Of a DNA stretch of 64,000 nucleotides, positions 37,499 to 48,047 are shown one piece after another (position 1 is the first letter of the stretch; each line of letters starts with the position of its first letter). Both the position numbers and the translations under genes were made by a program. The notes under the pieces were generated by a model that did not search any database, was not told the DNA's origin, and worked only from the letters and a program-made list of their open reading frames with translations. The stretch covers positions 891,397 to 955,396 of the forward strand of contig CBDASZ010000001.1 of assembly GCA_965199755.1 (NCBI GenBank), read 5' to 3'. The stretch is from an uncultured candidatus Porisulfidus sp. (GTDB lineage Bacteria > Pseudomonadota > Gammaproteobacteria > Poriferisulfidales > Poriferisulfidaceae).

Positions 37499-38236
37499 GT
37501 GCATATCCTCGGCAGCGTCAAAAATCTCTCGGAAGCGCAACTGCTGTTACGCACCCCGATTGACATCATTGATTTGAAAGACCCGGATCAGGGAGCGCTG
37601 GGCGCGGTAGAGCGCGACACACTTCGCGCGGTCGTCGCTCATACAAACGGAGCCCGCTTAATCAGCGCCGCCGCCGGTTGCGCCTCAGACACAACGGTTC
37701 GTGCTTGCGCCGCGCAATGGGCGCGCGACGGCGTGGACTTCGTCAAGGTGGGCTTCTCTAGCGCCACCGAACAAACCCTGCTGACGGAACTCGGTGCCGC
37801 CATTGTCCCTCATGCACGAGCGGTTGCCGTGCTTTTTGTGGACATGCCTGACATGAAGATCGATGAATGGGTAGCTCCTGTGCGCACCGCCGGATTCAAT
37901 GGTCTGATGCTGGATACCGCGAACAAGCAATCCGGACCTCTGCCGCAGCACTTGAGTCTGGAGCAAGCGCAACGCTGGGTGCGCCGCGGGCGTGACGCTG
38001 GATTGATGTGTGGCTTGGCCGGACGACTCAATGCACAGACTGCCCGAACTTATCTGGCTGCGAACCCGGACTATATGGGCTTTCGTTCGGCCTTGTGCCA
38101 GTTATCTTTGCGATGCGCGTCATTGAGTCCACACGCGATCCGGTCGCTACTCGACACACTTGGGCAGTCGGATACACAGCCAGCGGAAGTCCCCTCTCTG
38201 ATGTCCGTAGCGGCTGACACCTACAGCGCAGGCTGA
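37499..38236 (+). CDS. mfnB: (5-formylfuran-3-yl)methyl phosphate synthase (MfnB/DUF556)
   Basis: L.SV....EA, DIIDLKDP.QGALGA, DFVKVG, MLDTANK, GLAG.L, PDY.GFRSALC. Confidence 0.83.
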   Translation: MHILGSVKNLSEAQLLLRTPIDIIDLKDPDQGALGAVERDTLRAVVAHTNGARLISAAAGCASDTTVRACAAQWARDGVDFVKVGFSSATEQTLLTELGAAIVPHARAVAVLFVDMPDMKIDEWVAPVRTAGFNGLMLDTANKQSGPLPQHLSLEQAQRWVRRGRDAGLMCGLAGRLNAQTARTYLAANPDYMGFRSALCQLSLRCASLSPHAIRSLLDTLGQSDTQPAEVPSLMSVAADTYSAG

Positions 38237-39726
38237 CGTCTCCCCAACACGCCCGCACACAAAAGCACTGCCGTCAGGAGTGCGAACGGCCATTCCCCAA
38301 AGCGCGAGTACGGCGTCAGTCCGGTACGCGGCTGTACTGATCCCTTGAGAAAAGCCATCTCGAACTGAGGCGCTTCATAGGCGAGCACCCCATCCGCGGT
38401 GATGATCGCGCTGATACCGGTATTGGTCGCCCGGATCATGTCGCGGGCGTGTTCCACCGTGCGTACCCGCGCCACCTCCAGATGCTGCCAAGGCCCGCGC
38501 GTATCACCAAACCAGCCATCGTTGCTGAGATTCAGCAGATAGGCGGCTTCCGGCATGGCGTCCCCAGTGCGGGACGGATAAGCGGACTCATAGCAAGTAC
38601 TCACCCCCACCGCATGCCCTCGAATATTGAGTAGCGGCCTCTGATGTGACGGTTTGAGTGTGCGCATTCTGATGTTCGTCATGCGGTACAGTGGCTGCAG
38701 CCAATCAGAAAACGGCATGAACTCACCCACTGGCACGAGATGGCGCTTGCCCACCACCTGTTCGGTCGTCACATTCATCACGCCTGTGTGTGTCCCGGCA
38801 ATCCCGCTGTAGAACACTCCCGATACCAGAGTCGCGTCTGGTGCCAGCACTTCTTCGTGGAGCTCCTCGTAAAACGGCTTGGTGCGCTGATAGTAGAGCG
38901 GGATCGCTGCTTCCGGCCAGATCACGAGCGATGCCCCCGTCGCCTGCGCCGTCAGATCCCTGTAACGATTCTGAATCCTGTCGATCCCGTCCGGCCTCCA
39001 GCGCTCCGAAGGATCCAAATTGGCCTGCACAGCCACCACCGGCACCGCCTCACCAAGTGGCGTACTCCATGGGACGTGCCGGGCGAACTCTCCAGCCCCA
39101 ACGATTACAAACACTGCGCCCAAAGCCATACTGCGCCCATGCGATTGGCGCAACACGATCACCACGCAGGCGACTGATAACAGCAGCATCAGGCTTGCGC
39201 CGTGAATGCCCGAAAACGGCAAGTAGCCGGCCCAGGGAGAATCCAGACTCCCCTGCCCCACCAGCACCCACGGGAATCCGGTCATCAGAATGCCGCGCAC
39301 CCATTCTCCCAGTGCAAACAAGACGGCTAAAATCAGCATGCGCCGCGCACCGGGCGAAGTCAGTCTGGCCGACAGCATCGCGGCAAGCGCACAATACAGC
39401 GACAGGTAGCACACCAGCACCGCCACAACCAGTGAGGCCAACCACAGCGGCGTCCCGCCGTACACATACAAACTGTGATAGAGCCAATACGCGCCAAAGC
39501 CGAAATATCCCAGACCAAAAGCTGCACCGAGGCGCAGTGCACGCCCCGGCGTCGCTGCGTACACCAAACAGAACAACAGTGTCAATCCCAGCCACAAGAC
39601 AGGCCGCCATGCCACTGGAGCAAAGCCGTGCGAGGCGAGTGCGCCGGCGGTGAGCGCGAGCGTCATCGCCGAAAAAGAGGAAGCCTCCAGCCTTCGCCAA
39701 GTCGAAGAAAGAGGCGCGATGGTCAC
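38221..39726 (-). CDS. lnt: apolipoprotein N-acyltransferase
   Basis: TGFPW, IWPEAA, K.HLVPVGE, CYE, NDGWFG, RATNTGISA; likely GTG start 39726. Confidence 0.95.
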   Translation of the reverse strand: MTIAPLSSTWRRLEASSFSAMTLALTAGALASHGFAPVAWRPVLWLGLTLLFCLVYAATPGRALRLGAAFGLGYFGFGAYWLYHSLYVYGGTPLWLASLVVAVLVCYLSLYCALAAMLSARLTSPGARRMLILAVLFALGEWVRGILMTGFPWVLVGQGSLDSPWAGYLPFSGIHGASLMLLLSVACVVIVLRQSHGRSMALGAVFVIVGAGEFARHVPWSTPLGEAVPVVAVQANLDPSERWRPDGIDRIQNRYRDLTAQATGASLVIWPEAAIPLYYQRTKPFYEELHEEVLAPDATLVSGVFYSGIAGTHTGVMNVTTEQVVGKRHLVPVGEFMPFSDWLQPLYRMTNIRMRTLKPSHQRPLLNIRGHAVGVSTCYESAYPSRTGDAMPEAAYLLNLSNDGWFGDTRGPWQHLEVARVRTVEHARDMIRATNTGISAIITADGVLAYEAPQFEMAFLKGSVQPRTGLTPYSRFGEWPFALLTAVLLCAGVLGRRQPAL

Positions 39727-40571
39727 GTGGCGGGAGAGTCCTGAAACACTTCCAGCCACCGAATACGTCGATGACTGACCTGCACGATCTTGAAGCGAAA
39801 GCGCTCGATAGAAACAATTTCTCCCTCATCGGGCAGGTAGCCCACTTCCTTGAAGATCAGCCCGCCAATAGTGTTATGGCACGAAGTATCCAGCGTCGCA
39901 CGAAAGTGCTTATTGAAGTCTGCGATCGGCACGGTCGCTTCCAGCACGTGATGACCTTCACCGCTCGCCCGAATCTCAGGAATCCGCTCCTCCGGGTCAT
40001 GCTCATCCGCAATCTCGCCGACAATTTCCTCAAGCACATCCTCGATGGTCACCAGACCCGCCGCTTCACCATATTCGTTGATTACGATCCCCATATGTAT
40101 CCGATGCTTCTGAAAGTCTGAAAGTAGCAAATTGAGTTTGCGGCTTTCCGGGAACGTGCGCACCGGAAGCATCAGATCCTTGACGGCAAATTCGCGGGTT
40201 GTCTCTCCGCGCTGCGTGAGTACGTCTTTGGCCAGCAGAATCCCCTCCACCGAGTCCAGACTCTTGTTAATCACCGGATAGCGTGAATGGCCGCAGTCAG
40301 CGATCTTCTCCACCACTTCATGGCGCGTGGCGCTCTCTTCGAGCACCTGCATTTCGGCGCGCGGGATCATAATGTCCGCGGCGCACAGGCGCGAGATGTT
40401 GAACATCCTGTCGGTCACGACATGCACCTCGTCTTCCAAAGCACCCGCCTTGTGCAGACCGCGCAACAGCGCTCGCGACTCATCCCTGTCCTTCGGCCGC
40501 ATCCACGACAGTTGCCACAGCCATTGACGCAATCGTTTGACTGCATCACTATGGAATCGAGTCAGATTCAT
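39723..40571 (-). CDS. corC: CBS-pair/CorC domain Mg/Co efflux protein
   Basis: DIMIPR, HSRYPV, GILLAKD, EYG...GLVTIEDVLEEIVGEI.DE. Confidence 0.9.
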   Translation of the reverse strand: MNLTRFHSDAVKRLRQWLWQLSWMRPKDRDESRALLRGLHKAGALEDEVHVVTDRMFNISRLCAADIMIPRAEMQVLEESATRHEVVEKIADCGHSRYPVINKSLDSVEGILLAKDVLTQRGETTREFAVKDLMLPVRTFPESRKLNLLLSDFQKHRIHMGIVINEYGEAAGLVTIEDVLEEIVGEIADEHDPEERIPEIRASGEGHHVLEATVPIADFNKHFRATLDTSCHNTIGGLIFKEVGYLPDEGEIVSIERFRFKIVQVSHRRIRWLEVFQDSPAT

Positions 40572-41023
40572 GCGCGCACCTCATAAGGGTTGGCATAGCC
40601 CAACTGCGCCATCAACTGGCATTCCATGGCTTCCATGCGCTCGGCCTCTTGCGGTGCCTCATGCGTGTAGCCCAGCAAATGCAACAGCCCGTGAATGGTC
40701 ATGTGGGCGAATCGCGCTTCCGGCTCACAATCGTATGTGTGCGCTTCGCGCATGACTTCCGGCGCGCAGATTACCAGGTCTCCCAGTTCACTATCTGCTG
40801 CATCGTCCGACGGATATTCAAAGGCCAACACATTGGTAGCGCCGCGCTTGTTGCGAAACTGACTGTTTAATTGCTCCATTTCAGGCGCGTCCACGATACG
40901 AATGCACACCCGGACTTGCCTCGGATGTTCAACCGCGCTGACCCACGTCTGGAAACGTTCCGGTTGCGGAACTTCCGCAAGTTCCGAAGCGCACTGCAAC
41001 TCCGACTGTATGCCCATGATCAA
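40568..41023 (-). CDS. ybeY: rRNA maturation RNase YbeY
   Basis: LN..FR.K..TNVL.F, LGD..IC, HGLLHLLGY.H. Confidence 0.95.
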   Translation of the reverse strand: MIMGIQSELQCASELAEVPQPERFQTWVSAVEHPRQVRVCIRIVDAPEMEQLNSQFRNKRGATNVLAFEYPSDDAADSELGDLVICAPEVMREAHTYDCEPEARFAHMTIHGLLHLLGYTHEAPQEAERMEAMECQLMAQLGYANPYEVRA

Positions 41024-41973
41024 CTGCGCCGCCCATAGGCTTCGATTACTTTGCGAACCAGCGGATGTCGCAGCACATCACGCACTCCGAAATGAACGAA
41101 GGCAATGCCTGGAGTGTCTTGCAAGAGTTCCAGTGCCTCGTCCAGCCCGGAGCGTTCTCCGCGCGGCAAGTCATTCTGGCTCAAATCTCCCGTCACCACC
41201 GTGCGCGAGCCAAAGCCCAATCGTGTGAGGAACATCTGCATTTGCCGACAGGAAGCATTCTGTGCCTCGTCCAGTACGACAAAGGCATCATTCAAGGTGC
41301 GCCCGCGCATGTAAGCGAGCGGGCAGATTTCGATGGTGTTCGCTTCCATTAGTTTGTGCATGCGCTCGGAACCCATCAACGCATCCAGAGCATCGTACAT
41401 AGGCCGCAGGTAGGGATCGATTTTCTGCATCAGGTCACCTGGCAGAAAGCCCAGCCGCTCTCCTGCTTCCACCACCGGGCGCACCAGCACAACACGTTGC
41501 ACCAGCCCCTGCTCCAGAGCATAGATGGCCTGCGCGATGGCCAGATAGGTTTTGCCGGTGCCGGCATGTCCCACACCGAAGACCAGATCGTGATCTCGCA
41601 AAGCCGCCAGATAGCGCCGCTGACTCTCGCCATGGGCACGCAGGCGCGTATGACGCAACTTGAGTTGCTCCGGCAACTCTTGCGCTTCTGCTGATTGTTC
41701 GTCGCCGGAAGTCATCAGAACACGGTTGACGCTGTCTGCGGATAATTCCCCGCTCTCGGTGGAGCGATACAAGTCCTGCAACACGTCCGCTGCGCTCGAC
41801 ACCGAGGCGGTGTCTCCAGTCAATTGAAATTCATGGCCGTGATTGCGTATCTCAATATTAAAGCACGCCTCCATCTGCTCCAGATGCGCGCTCAAAGGGC
41901 CGCACAGGCTGGCCAATCGAACATTGTCCGCCGGCTGCAGATGCAGTCTCAGGGTGCGGGACGAAGCGCTCAA
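41020..41973 (-). CDS. ybeZ: PhoH-like ATPase (YbeZ)
   Basis: [36 protein letters not shown]; likely TTG start 41973 overlapping the miaB stop. Confidence 0.93.
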   Translation of the reverse strand: MSASSRTLRLHLQPADNVRLASLCGPLSAHLEQMEACFNIEIRNHGHEFQLTGDTASVSSAADVLQDLYRSTESGELSADSVNRVLMTSGDEQSAEAQELPEQLKLRHTRLRAHGESQRRYLAALRDHDLVFGVGHAGTGKTYLAIAQAIYALEQGLVQRVVLVRPVVEAGERLGFLPGDLMQKIDPYLRPMYDALDALMGSERMHKLMEANTIEICPLAYMRGRTLNDAFVVLDEAQNASCRQMQMFLTRLGFGSRTVVTGDLSQNDLPRGERSGLDEALELLQDTPGIAFVHFGVRDVLRHPLVRKVIEAYGRRS

Positions 41974-43304
41974 GGCTGTGCGGTTTCTACCCACGCACCG
42001 CGCAGGGAATGCGCGCGCACTTCGGTGATGCGAACAAACTGGAAACTTCCGATCATCTCGGCCGGCGCACAAAAATTGATCACACGATTATCTGAGGCCC
42101 GGCCCGCCAATTCTTGCGGATCGCGACGCGAAGGCCCCTCCACCAGAACCCGTTGTACGGTGTCCTGCCTGCTTTGCGCAATCGCCTGTGCTTGCGATTC
42201 CAGCTGCGCCTGCAGACGCACCAGCCGCGCTTTCTTGTCCGACACAGGGGCCGCATCGTCCAGTTCTGCCGCCGGTGTGCCCGGACGGGCGCTGTAGATG
42301 AAACTGAAACTCTGGTCCAGTTCCATATCCTCGGCGAGCCGACAGGTCTGCTCGAAATCTTCCTCGGTCTCGCCCGGGAAGCCCACAATGAAGTCTGACG
42401 ACACGGCGATTTCCGGGCAGGCTTTGCGCAACTTGCGCAAAATAGACTTGTATTCCAGCGCAGTATAGCCGCGCTTCATAGCCGCCAGCACGCGATCAGA
42501 GCCGCTTTGCACCGGCAGGTGCACATGGGCCGCCAACTCCTCGACCTCCGCATGCACCCGAATTAGTGAATCAGTGAACTCACGTGGATGCGAGGTGGTG
42601 TAACGGACTCGCTCAATGCCGTCGATCGCTGCGACAAAGCGCAGCAATAACGCAAAGTCCGCAGGCGTGCCGTCGTGTAACGGTGCGCACCAGGCATTGA
42701 CATTCTGTCCGAGCAGTGTGATTTCCCGCACCCCGCGCTGCGCCAGTGACGCGACCTCACGAATGATGTCGTCAAAGGGACGGCTGACTTCCTCACCGCG
42801 GGTGTATGGGACGACACAAAACGAGCAGTATTTGCTGCAGCCTTCCATGATCGAGACAAAGGCTTGCGCACCAGTAACCGAAGGCTCCGGCAACTGGTCG
42901 AACTTCTCAATTTCCGGGAAGCTTATGTCCACCGCGGCGCTGCCCATGTGCGCCTGTTCGATCAATTCCGGCAAGCGATGCAAGGTCTGCGGCCCGAACA
43001 CTAGGTCCACTTGCGGCGCGCGATGCCGTAGGGCATCCCCTTCCTGACTCGCCACGCATCCGCCGACACCAATCAATACCTCAGGATTGCGCCGCTTGTG
43101 CTGGGCGAGAACTCCCAGCCGGCTGAACACTTTCTCCTGCGCCTTCTCTCGAATCGAGCAGGTGTTGAGCAGTAGCAGATCCGCTTCGGATTCCTCCGAA
43201 GTCAGGGTCATCCCCAGGCGGTCTTGCAATATGTCCCGCATACGTGCGGAATCGTATTCATTCATCTGACACCCGTGGGTCTCGATGTAGACCTTGCCTG
43301 TCAT
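41970..43304 (-). CDS. miaB: tRNA-2-methylthio-N6-dimethylallyladenosine synthase
   Basis: [26 protein letters not shown] radical SAM motif, TRAM domain. Confidence 0.98.
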   Translation of the reverse strand: MTGKVYIETHGCQMNEYDSARMRDILQDRLGMTLTSEESEADLLLLNTCSIREKAQEKVFSRLGVLAQHKRRNPEVLIGVGGCVASQEGDALRHRAPQVDLVFGPQTLHRLPELIEQAHMGSAAVDISFPEIEKFDQLPEPSVTGAQAFVSIMEGCSKYCSFCVVPYTRGEEVSRPFDDIIREVASLAQRGVREITLLGQNVNAWCAPLHDGTPADFALLLRFVAAIDGIERVRYTTSHPREFTDSLIRVHAEVEELAAHVHLPVQSGSDRVLAAMKRGYTALEYKSILRKLRKACPEIAVSSDFIVGFPGETEEDFEQTCRLAEDMELDQSFSFIYSARPGTPAAELDDAAPVSDKKARLVRLQAQLESQAQAIAQSRQDTVQRVLVEGPSRRDPQELAGRASDNRVINFCAPAEMIGSFQFVRITEVRAHSLRGAWVETAQP

Positions 43305-43337
43305 CGATACTCAGTGCGCCGCAGCGCCCATGCGTAT

Positions 43338-43829
43338 TTAGAACGGGATGTCGTCATCAAACTCATCGCCACCGGCAGCCGCACCCGCTGCCGCATTGCT
43401 TGAAGTGCGATCGCGTGTGTTGCCTACGGAAGAAGAATCATCGTAGTTGGCGCCACTTTGACTGCCGTAGTTGCCGCCACCACCGCCGCCGCGTGTGTTC
43501 AGGAACTGCATTTCGTTAGCGATGATTTCGGTACTGAAGCGGTTGTTGCCCTCACGGTCCTGCCACTTGCGGGTACGCAATTTGCCTTCAATATAGACTT
43601 GCGAGCCTTTGCGTAGGTAGCGGTCTGCCAGTTCGGCAAGACGCTTAAACAGCACTATGTTGTGCCACTCTGTGGTTTCGATGCGGTCACCTGGATTGTC
43701 CGGGTTCGGACGCACTTCGTTGGTTGCGATCCGCATATTGCAGACGCTTGACCCGCTTTTGGTTTGGCGCAATTCGGGGTCCGCTCCCAATGTTCCTACC
43801 AGGATTACTTTATTGACGCCTCGAGACAT
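43338..43829 (-). CDS. ssb: single-stranded DNA-binding protein
   Basis: [32 protein letters not shown]-terminal DDDIPF. Confidence 0.98.
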   Translation of the reverse strand: MSRGVNKVILVGTLGADPELRQTKSGSSVCNMRIATNEVRPNPDNPGDRIETTEWHNIVLFKRLAELADRYLRKGSQVYIEGKLRTRKWQDREGNNRFSTEIIANEMQFLNTRGGGGGGNYGSQSGANYDDSSSVGNTRDRTSSNAAAGAAAGGDEFDDDIPF

Positions 43830-44031
43830 GATTTTTTCCTCCTCGCTTCCTGCCACGCATCCATGCGCCTAACGCTTGAAGCGAATTCAATAATTGGACT
43901 TAATGCACCACCACAGTAATTAATAAGCAGGGCATGAGCGAAAACTCAGCTCGATAATTCGCGGTTACTTTCCGTGCCATTCGCACGTTCATTCTAGCCT
44001 ATTGGAAGAGCCCCTGAAAAGAGGCGGTAGT

Positions 44032-44055
44032 GCGGGGCAATCAGAGCTGCCCCGC
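44032..44055 (-). terminator. hairpin downstream of the TonB-dependent receptor
   Basis: GCGGGGCA-8nt-TGCCCCGC about 35 bp after the stop; the T-tract is not immediately adjacent. Confidence 0.5.
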
Positions 44056-44089
44056 CTGTGGTTTGTCCGTTGCGATCGTGCCAATCCAA

Positions 44090-46660
44090 TCAGAACTCGT
44101 ACATGAACCGCGCATAAACAAAGCGCCCGTTGATGCCGGCCGGGGCAAAACGCGGATAGCGATTGCCACGCGAGGCCGCGCCGGAAGAGCGGTCGGGGTG
44201 CGAATCGAACACATTGTCGGAGCCCACGATAACGCTGAATCCACCGAAGCGCTTGCTCATGCTGACGTCAACCAGTCCCTGATCGCCGTAGTAGCGGCTG
44301 TCATTGTCGCGGCTGTCATAGTCGGAGTACCAGTCACCGTAGTGGTTGTAACGCACCATGTAGTCGCAATTGCCGAAGGTGTGGTTGACCGTGGCCACGA
44401 CGCGTGTTTCCGGCACGCCTTGTTCAATCCACAGCTTCCTGCGTTCGCTCAAGTTGCTGTAACTTTTGATTTCCGTCTCGGTGCGGTTGTAAGAGAGCAT
44501 GAACTCGGTGTCGCCATAGTTCCAGGAGTGATCGTAGGTGACCACCACGTCAATGCCGTCGGTCTCGGAGTCAAAGTCGTTTTCAAAGAACCTGATTTCC
44601 GAAAAGTTAGCGCTCAGGCCGTCCGCTTCTTCCGCTGCAGCAATCCTTGCCGCAAGAGTACCAGTAGTATCTTCTCTGACTGCCTGCTCCAAGTCAATCC
44701 CTTCTGACAGGAAAATGCGATCATCCACTTCGATGCGGAAATAATCCACTGTGATGCTCAGATCGCCCTGCGTGAAGATAGCGCCTAGCGTATAGTTGTC
44801 CGATTCCTCCGGCTCCAGCACCCTGCCACCGAATAACGTTGCCAACGCACTGTCGGAAGGAACCGTGCCCGACTCAACCGGCTCGACTGTCATCGGATCA
44901 AATACCGTTGATATGTTGTAGGCGTTCTGCTGGCCGGGCGTCGGTGCTCTGAATCCTGAGCCGATACCGGCGCGCATGGCGAGCGCATCCGTCATCTGAT
45001 AGCGGGTGGTTACTTTCGCCTCGGTGGTCGTGCCGAACTCATCGAAGTCTTCCCAACGGATTGCGCTGCTGACGGTCCAGTCCGGCGTCACGTCGGCTTC
45101 CAGGTCCAAATACACGGCAATGTTGTCGCGACTCCATTTGCCGGACGCGGTCGGTCCGAAGCCACCAAAGCCATTGGAACCATTTTTGCCGCTTTGATCC
45201 TTGTAGATGCCGGGTTCCCAAGATGCTCTATCACCTTGTTCGATTTCAAACTCTTCCTTGCGCCATTCAAAGCCGCCGGCGATGCTCATCAAGGCTGCCA
45301 GACCAACATCCGCCTCATAACTCAGGTCCAGATTGACGTTGGTCTCGGTCTGAATGTACGCACCCAAATAAAACGAAGTCGGGCTGTTCGGGCCCCAGGA
45401 CGGATTGATTGTGTTCGCAATGTAATACTCCGCTTCGTTTTTGCCGTAGCTAACACTGAAATCGTAACCAATGCCATTGATCATCGTGCCTTCGGTGCCG
45501 CCAACAGCGGAGTAGTCGGTCACCTCGCCACTGAAGCGCGGCTGGAAGCCGCCGGGAAACCATTCGTGATAAGTGAAGCAGTTGGCATCTGCGCGCAAAT
45601 CATCTAGGTTGGTCGGCAGTCCCGAAGGAGCCATAGGTACTCTATATTGGGAGCAATCCGCATCGCCCACCATATATACCAGCGGTACACGTATTTGGTC
45701 CTCCGGGTTAGCAGAGTCCGGGTCGTCAATCAACGTTGCAAAAACTTCGGCCTCATCTTCAGGCTCGCGGTAGAAGAAACCGGTATCAACTTCGCGCTTG
45801 GAGAAATTCCCGAACGCATACATGCGCTGATCCCCATCCATGTCAAAGCCCATGTTAAACACGCTCTTGAAATTGCCGTCAATATCCGGGCTACCCCAGA
45901 CATGCGCCGGGTTGGCGATATAGGTGTTGCCGCCTTCTATCATGGCAGCCACGTCATTGCGTGTATCGCTACGCGAGGTCGGGTCATCGGAGCTGTACTC
46001 AAAACTGAAGTTGCCGAATCCAGTGTCGCCGAGTGGCACTCCGGCATTGCCGGATACGCGGGACTTCTCCTCACTGCCATCTTCGGTGAACCAGCCGTGC
46101 CGGTATTCCAGCGTCGCTCCTTCGTTATCGTCTCGCAGTTCAAAGTTGATAACACCGGCGATCGCGTCGGAACCGTATTGCGCCGCCGCGCCATCGCGCA
46201 GCACTTCCACGCGCCTGAGCGCAATGGCCGGGATCACGGAAATATCCGGTCCCTGTGCGCCATCCGAACGGCCATCCGAAATCCATGTAATGGTGGCACC
46301 GCGGTGACGGCGCTTGCCGTTTAGCAGCACCAGCGTATGGTCTGGTGCCAAGCCGCGCAAGTTGATCGGGTTTTGCAGCGCCGCAGTGTCGCGTCCAGGT
46401 TGCATGTTCACGTGGAACGACGGAACCACCGAACGCAACATGAAATTCATGTCGCCGGAACCCTGCGTTCGCAGATTCTCGCCCGTAATGACATCAATCG
46501 GAACGGTTGAGTCAAGCACTGATCGCGGTTGCGCGCGCGTGCCAATGACAACCAGCTCCTCAGCTTCGTCTTGAGCGAACACGAAACTTTGCGGCAAAGC
46601 AACAAAGCAACAAAGCAACAACACATAAGGAAGGTGCCAATTTTTAAAGTAAGACAGCAT
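44090..46660 (-). CDS. TonB-dependent outer membrane receptor
   Basis: Signal peptide, TonB box EELVVIGTR, plug LRGL.PDHTLVLLNGKRRH and RVEVLRDGAAAQYGSDAIAGVINF, C-terminal Y.F. Confidence 0.95.
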   Translation of the reverse strand: MLSYFKNWHLPYVLLLCCFVALPQSFVFAQDEAEELVVIGTRAQPRSVLDSTVPIDVITGENLRTQGSGDMNFMLRSVVPSFHVNMQPGRDTAALQNPINLRGLAPDHTLVLLNGKRRHRGATITWISDGRSDGAQGPDISVIPAIALRRVEVLRDGAAAQYGSDAIAGVINFELRDDNEGATLEYRHGWFTEDGSEEKSRVSGNAGVPLGDTGFGNFSFEYSSDDPTSRSDTRNDVAAMIEGGNTYIANPAHVWGSPDIDGNFKSVFNMGFDMDGDQRMYAFGNFSKREVDTGFFYREPEDEAEVFATLIDDPDSANPEDQIRVPLVYMVGDADCSQYRVPMAPSGLPTNLDDLRADANCFTYHEWFPGGFQPRFSGEVTDYSAVGGTEGTMINGIGYDFSVSYGKNEAEYYIANTINPSWGPNSPTSFYLGAYIQTETNVNLDLSYEADVGLAALMSIAGGFEWRKEEFEIEQGDRASWEPGIYKDQSGKNGSNGFGGFGPTASGKWSRDNIAVYLDLEADVTPDWTVSSAIRWEDFDEFGTTTEAKVTTRYQMTDALAMRAGIGSGFRAPTPGQQNAYNISTVFDPMTVEPVESGTVPSDSALATLFGGRVLEPEESDNYTLGAIFTQGDLSITVDYFRIEVDDRIFLSEGIDLEQAVREDTTGTLAARIAAAEEADGLSANFSEIRFFENDFDSETDGIDVVVTYDHSWNYGDTEFMLSYNRTETEIKSYSNLSERRKLWIEQGVPETRVVATVNHTFGNCDYMVRYNHYGDWYSDYDSRDNDSRYYGDQGLVDVSMSKRFGGFSVIVGSDNVFDSHPDRSSGAASRGNRYPRFAPAGINGRFVYARFMYEF

Positions 46661-46665
46661 AGGAA

Positions 46666-47829
46666 TTATTTACCATTGAACCACAGCATACTATAGTACC
46701 AAAAAAGCATTATTATCGTCAAGAATATGTATAACGCCTCGGCATTGAAATACTGTAGAAACACGCCGGACAGCAGGCCTCCGAAGAATGCGCCCAGCAA
46801 CTGGAAGGTGACAAACACACCCAGCGAAATTCCTTTCAGATGACCGGAACACCGCTGGGACACCTGCGTCGGCAGTTGCGCCTCAAGAAGATTGAACGCA
46901 ATAAAAAACAGTACCAGAACGGCCCCTACCAGCATCACATCGTGGCGCACGAAAACCAGCATTAACTCCACAGCCGCCAGCAACAAGGCACTTCTCCGCA
47001 TCCATGCGAAGACCTGTGTGCGGGCCAGGCGCAGTATTGGAAACAGAAACAACGCGGCCGCCAACAGCACAAGCAGATAGAACCAACCATGCTGATCAAT
47101 CGGGAAACCAGCGATGTCGCGCAAGGCCAGCGGCAATGACATGAAGTTCGCGACCAGTAACATATGAATCGACGCAGCTCCCAGACTCAGGCGCAGCACC
47201 TTCCGATCGTGCAAGGCCTCCATAGCATCTCGCCAAGAGGGGGCGTACCGATGTCCCGATGCGCCTTCCTCCGGCACCCAAAACCAAACCACCACCATAG
47301 CCAAGGCCGACAAAGCGGCCACCAGATAGAAAATACCGTCCACGCCTATACGTGCGGCCAACACCGGACCGGCGATTAACGACAGAATGAAACTCAGCCC
47401 GATTAGTATTCCGATCAGCGCCATCACCCGATCGCGGACCTCCACGCGACTCAGGTCTGCAACCCAAGCGGTCAGTGCCGCAGAAATCGCCCCCGCGCCC
47501 TGCACCGCACGTCCGATGATCATCCAGTAAATATCCTCCGCCCAGCCGGCAATCAGACTGCCGATCACAAACACCAGCAGGCCGAGCCACACCACGCCGC
47601 GACGTCCGTAGCGATCCGACAGCCAGCCCGTCGGAATTTGTAGCAGTGCTTGGGTCAGCCCGTAGCTACCCACCGCAATGCCGGCCAGAAAGACCGTTGA
47701 TCCTTGCAGGGTTTCGGCATAAATGGCGAACACCGGCAGCACGATGAACAGCCCAAGCATACGCAGGGCATAGATACTGCCCAAGGTGGTCAGCGCCCGG
47801 CGTTCCAACAAATTGAAATCGGAAATCAC
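46666..47829 (-). CDS. MFS transporter (YajR-like)
   Basis: ERRA...L..I.ALRMLGLF..LPV, YGLTQALLQIP.G.LSDRYGRR, GRAVQGAGAISA, FNLLEA.LP; start uncertain (47829 to 47895). Confidence 0.9.
   Translation of the reverse strand: MISDFNLLERRALTTLGSIYALRMLGLFIVLPVFAIYAETLQGSTVFLAGIAVGSYGLTQALLQIPTGWLSDRYGRRGVVWLGLLVFVIGSLIAGWAEDIYWMIIGRAVQGAGAISAALTAWVADLSRVEVRDRVMALIGILIGLSFILSLIAGPVLAARIGVDGIFYLVAALSALAMVVVWFWVPEEGASGHRYAPSWRDAMEALHDRKVLRLSLGAASIHMLLVANFMSLPLALRDIAGFPIDQHGWFYLLVLLAAALFLFPILRLARTQVFAWMRRSALLLAAVELMLVFVRHDVMLVGAVLVLFFIAFNLLEAQLPTQVSQRCSGHLKGISLGVFVTFQLLGAFFGGLLSGVFLQYFNAEALYIFLTIIMLFWYYSMLWFNGK
46693..46722 (-). promoter_or_regulatory. sigma70-like promoter for the TonB receptor, inside the MFS gene 3' end
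   Basis: Minus strand TTGACG-18bp-TACTAT with TGn extension; the -10 lies about 30 bp upstream of ATG 46660. Confidence 0.55.
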
Positions 47830-48047
47830 TGTGTTGAATGCAACGACAAGGTCTGCGGGAGATACGGATCGGAAAGCCTTGCTGGCACGTAGCACGCGCG
47901 TCTGCTTAGGTCCGTTATTCGGGAGTGCCAGAAGCAGTCAGGCTCAATGCGAAGCGCATTTTAGCAACACACCGCCTTCATGGGCGTTCATATTTATCCT
48001 ACACAATAAGAGATGGTGAGTTTTATCGACTCTCTATCGCTCATATC

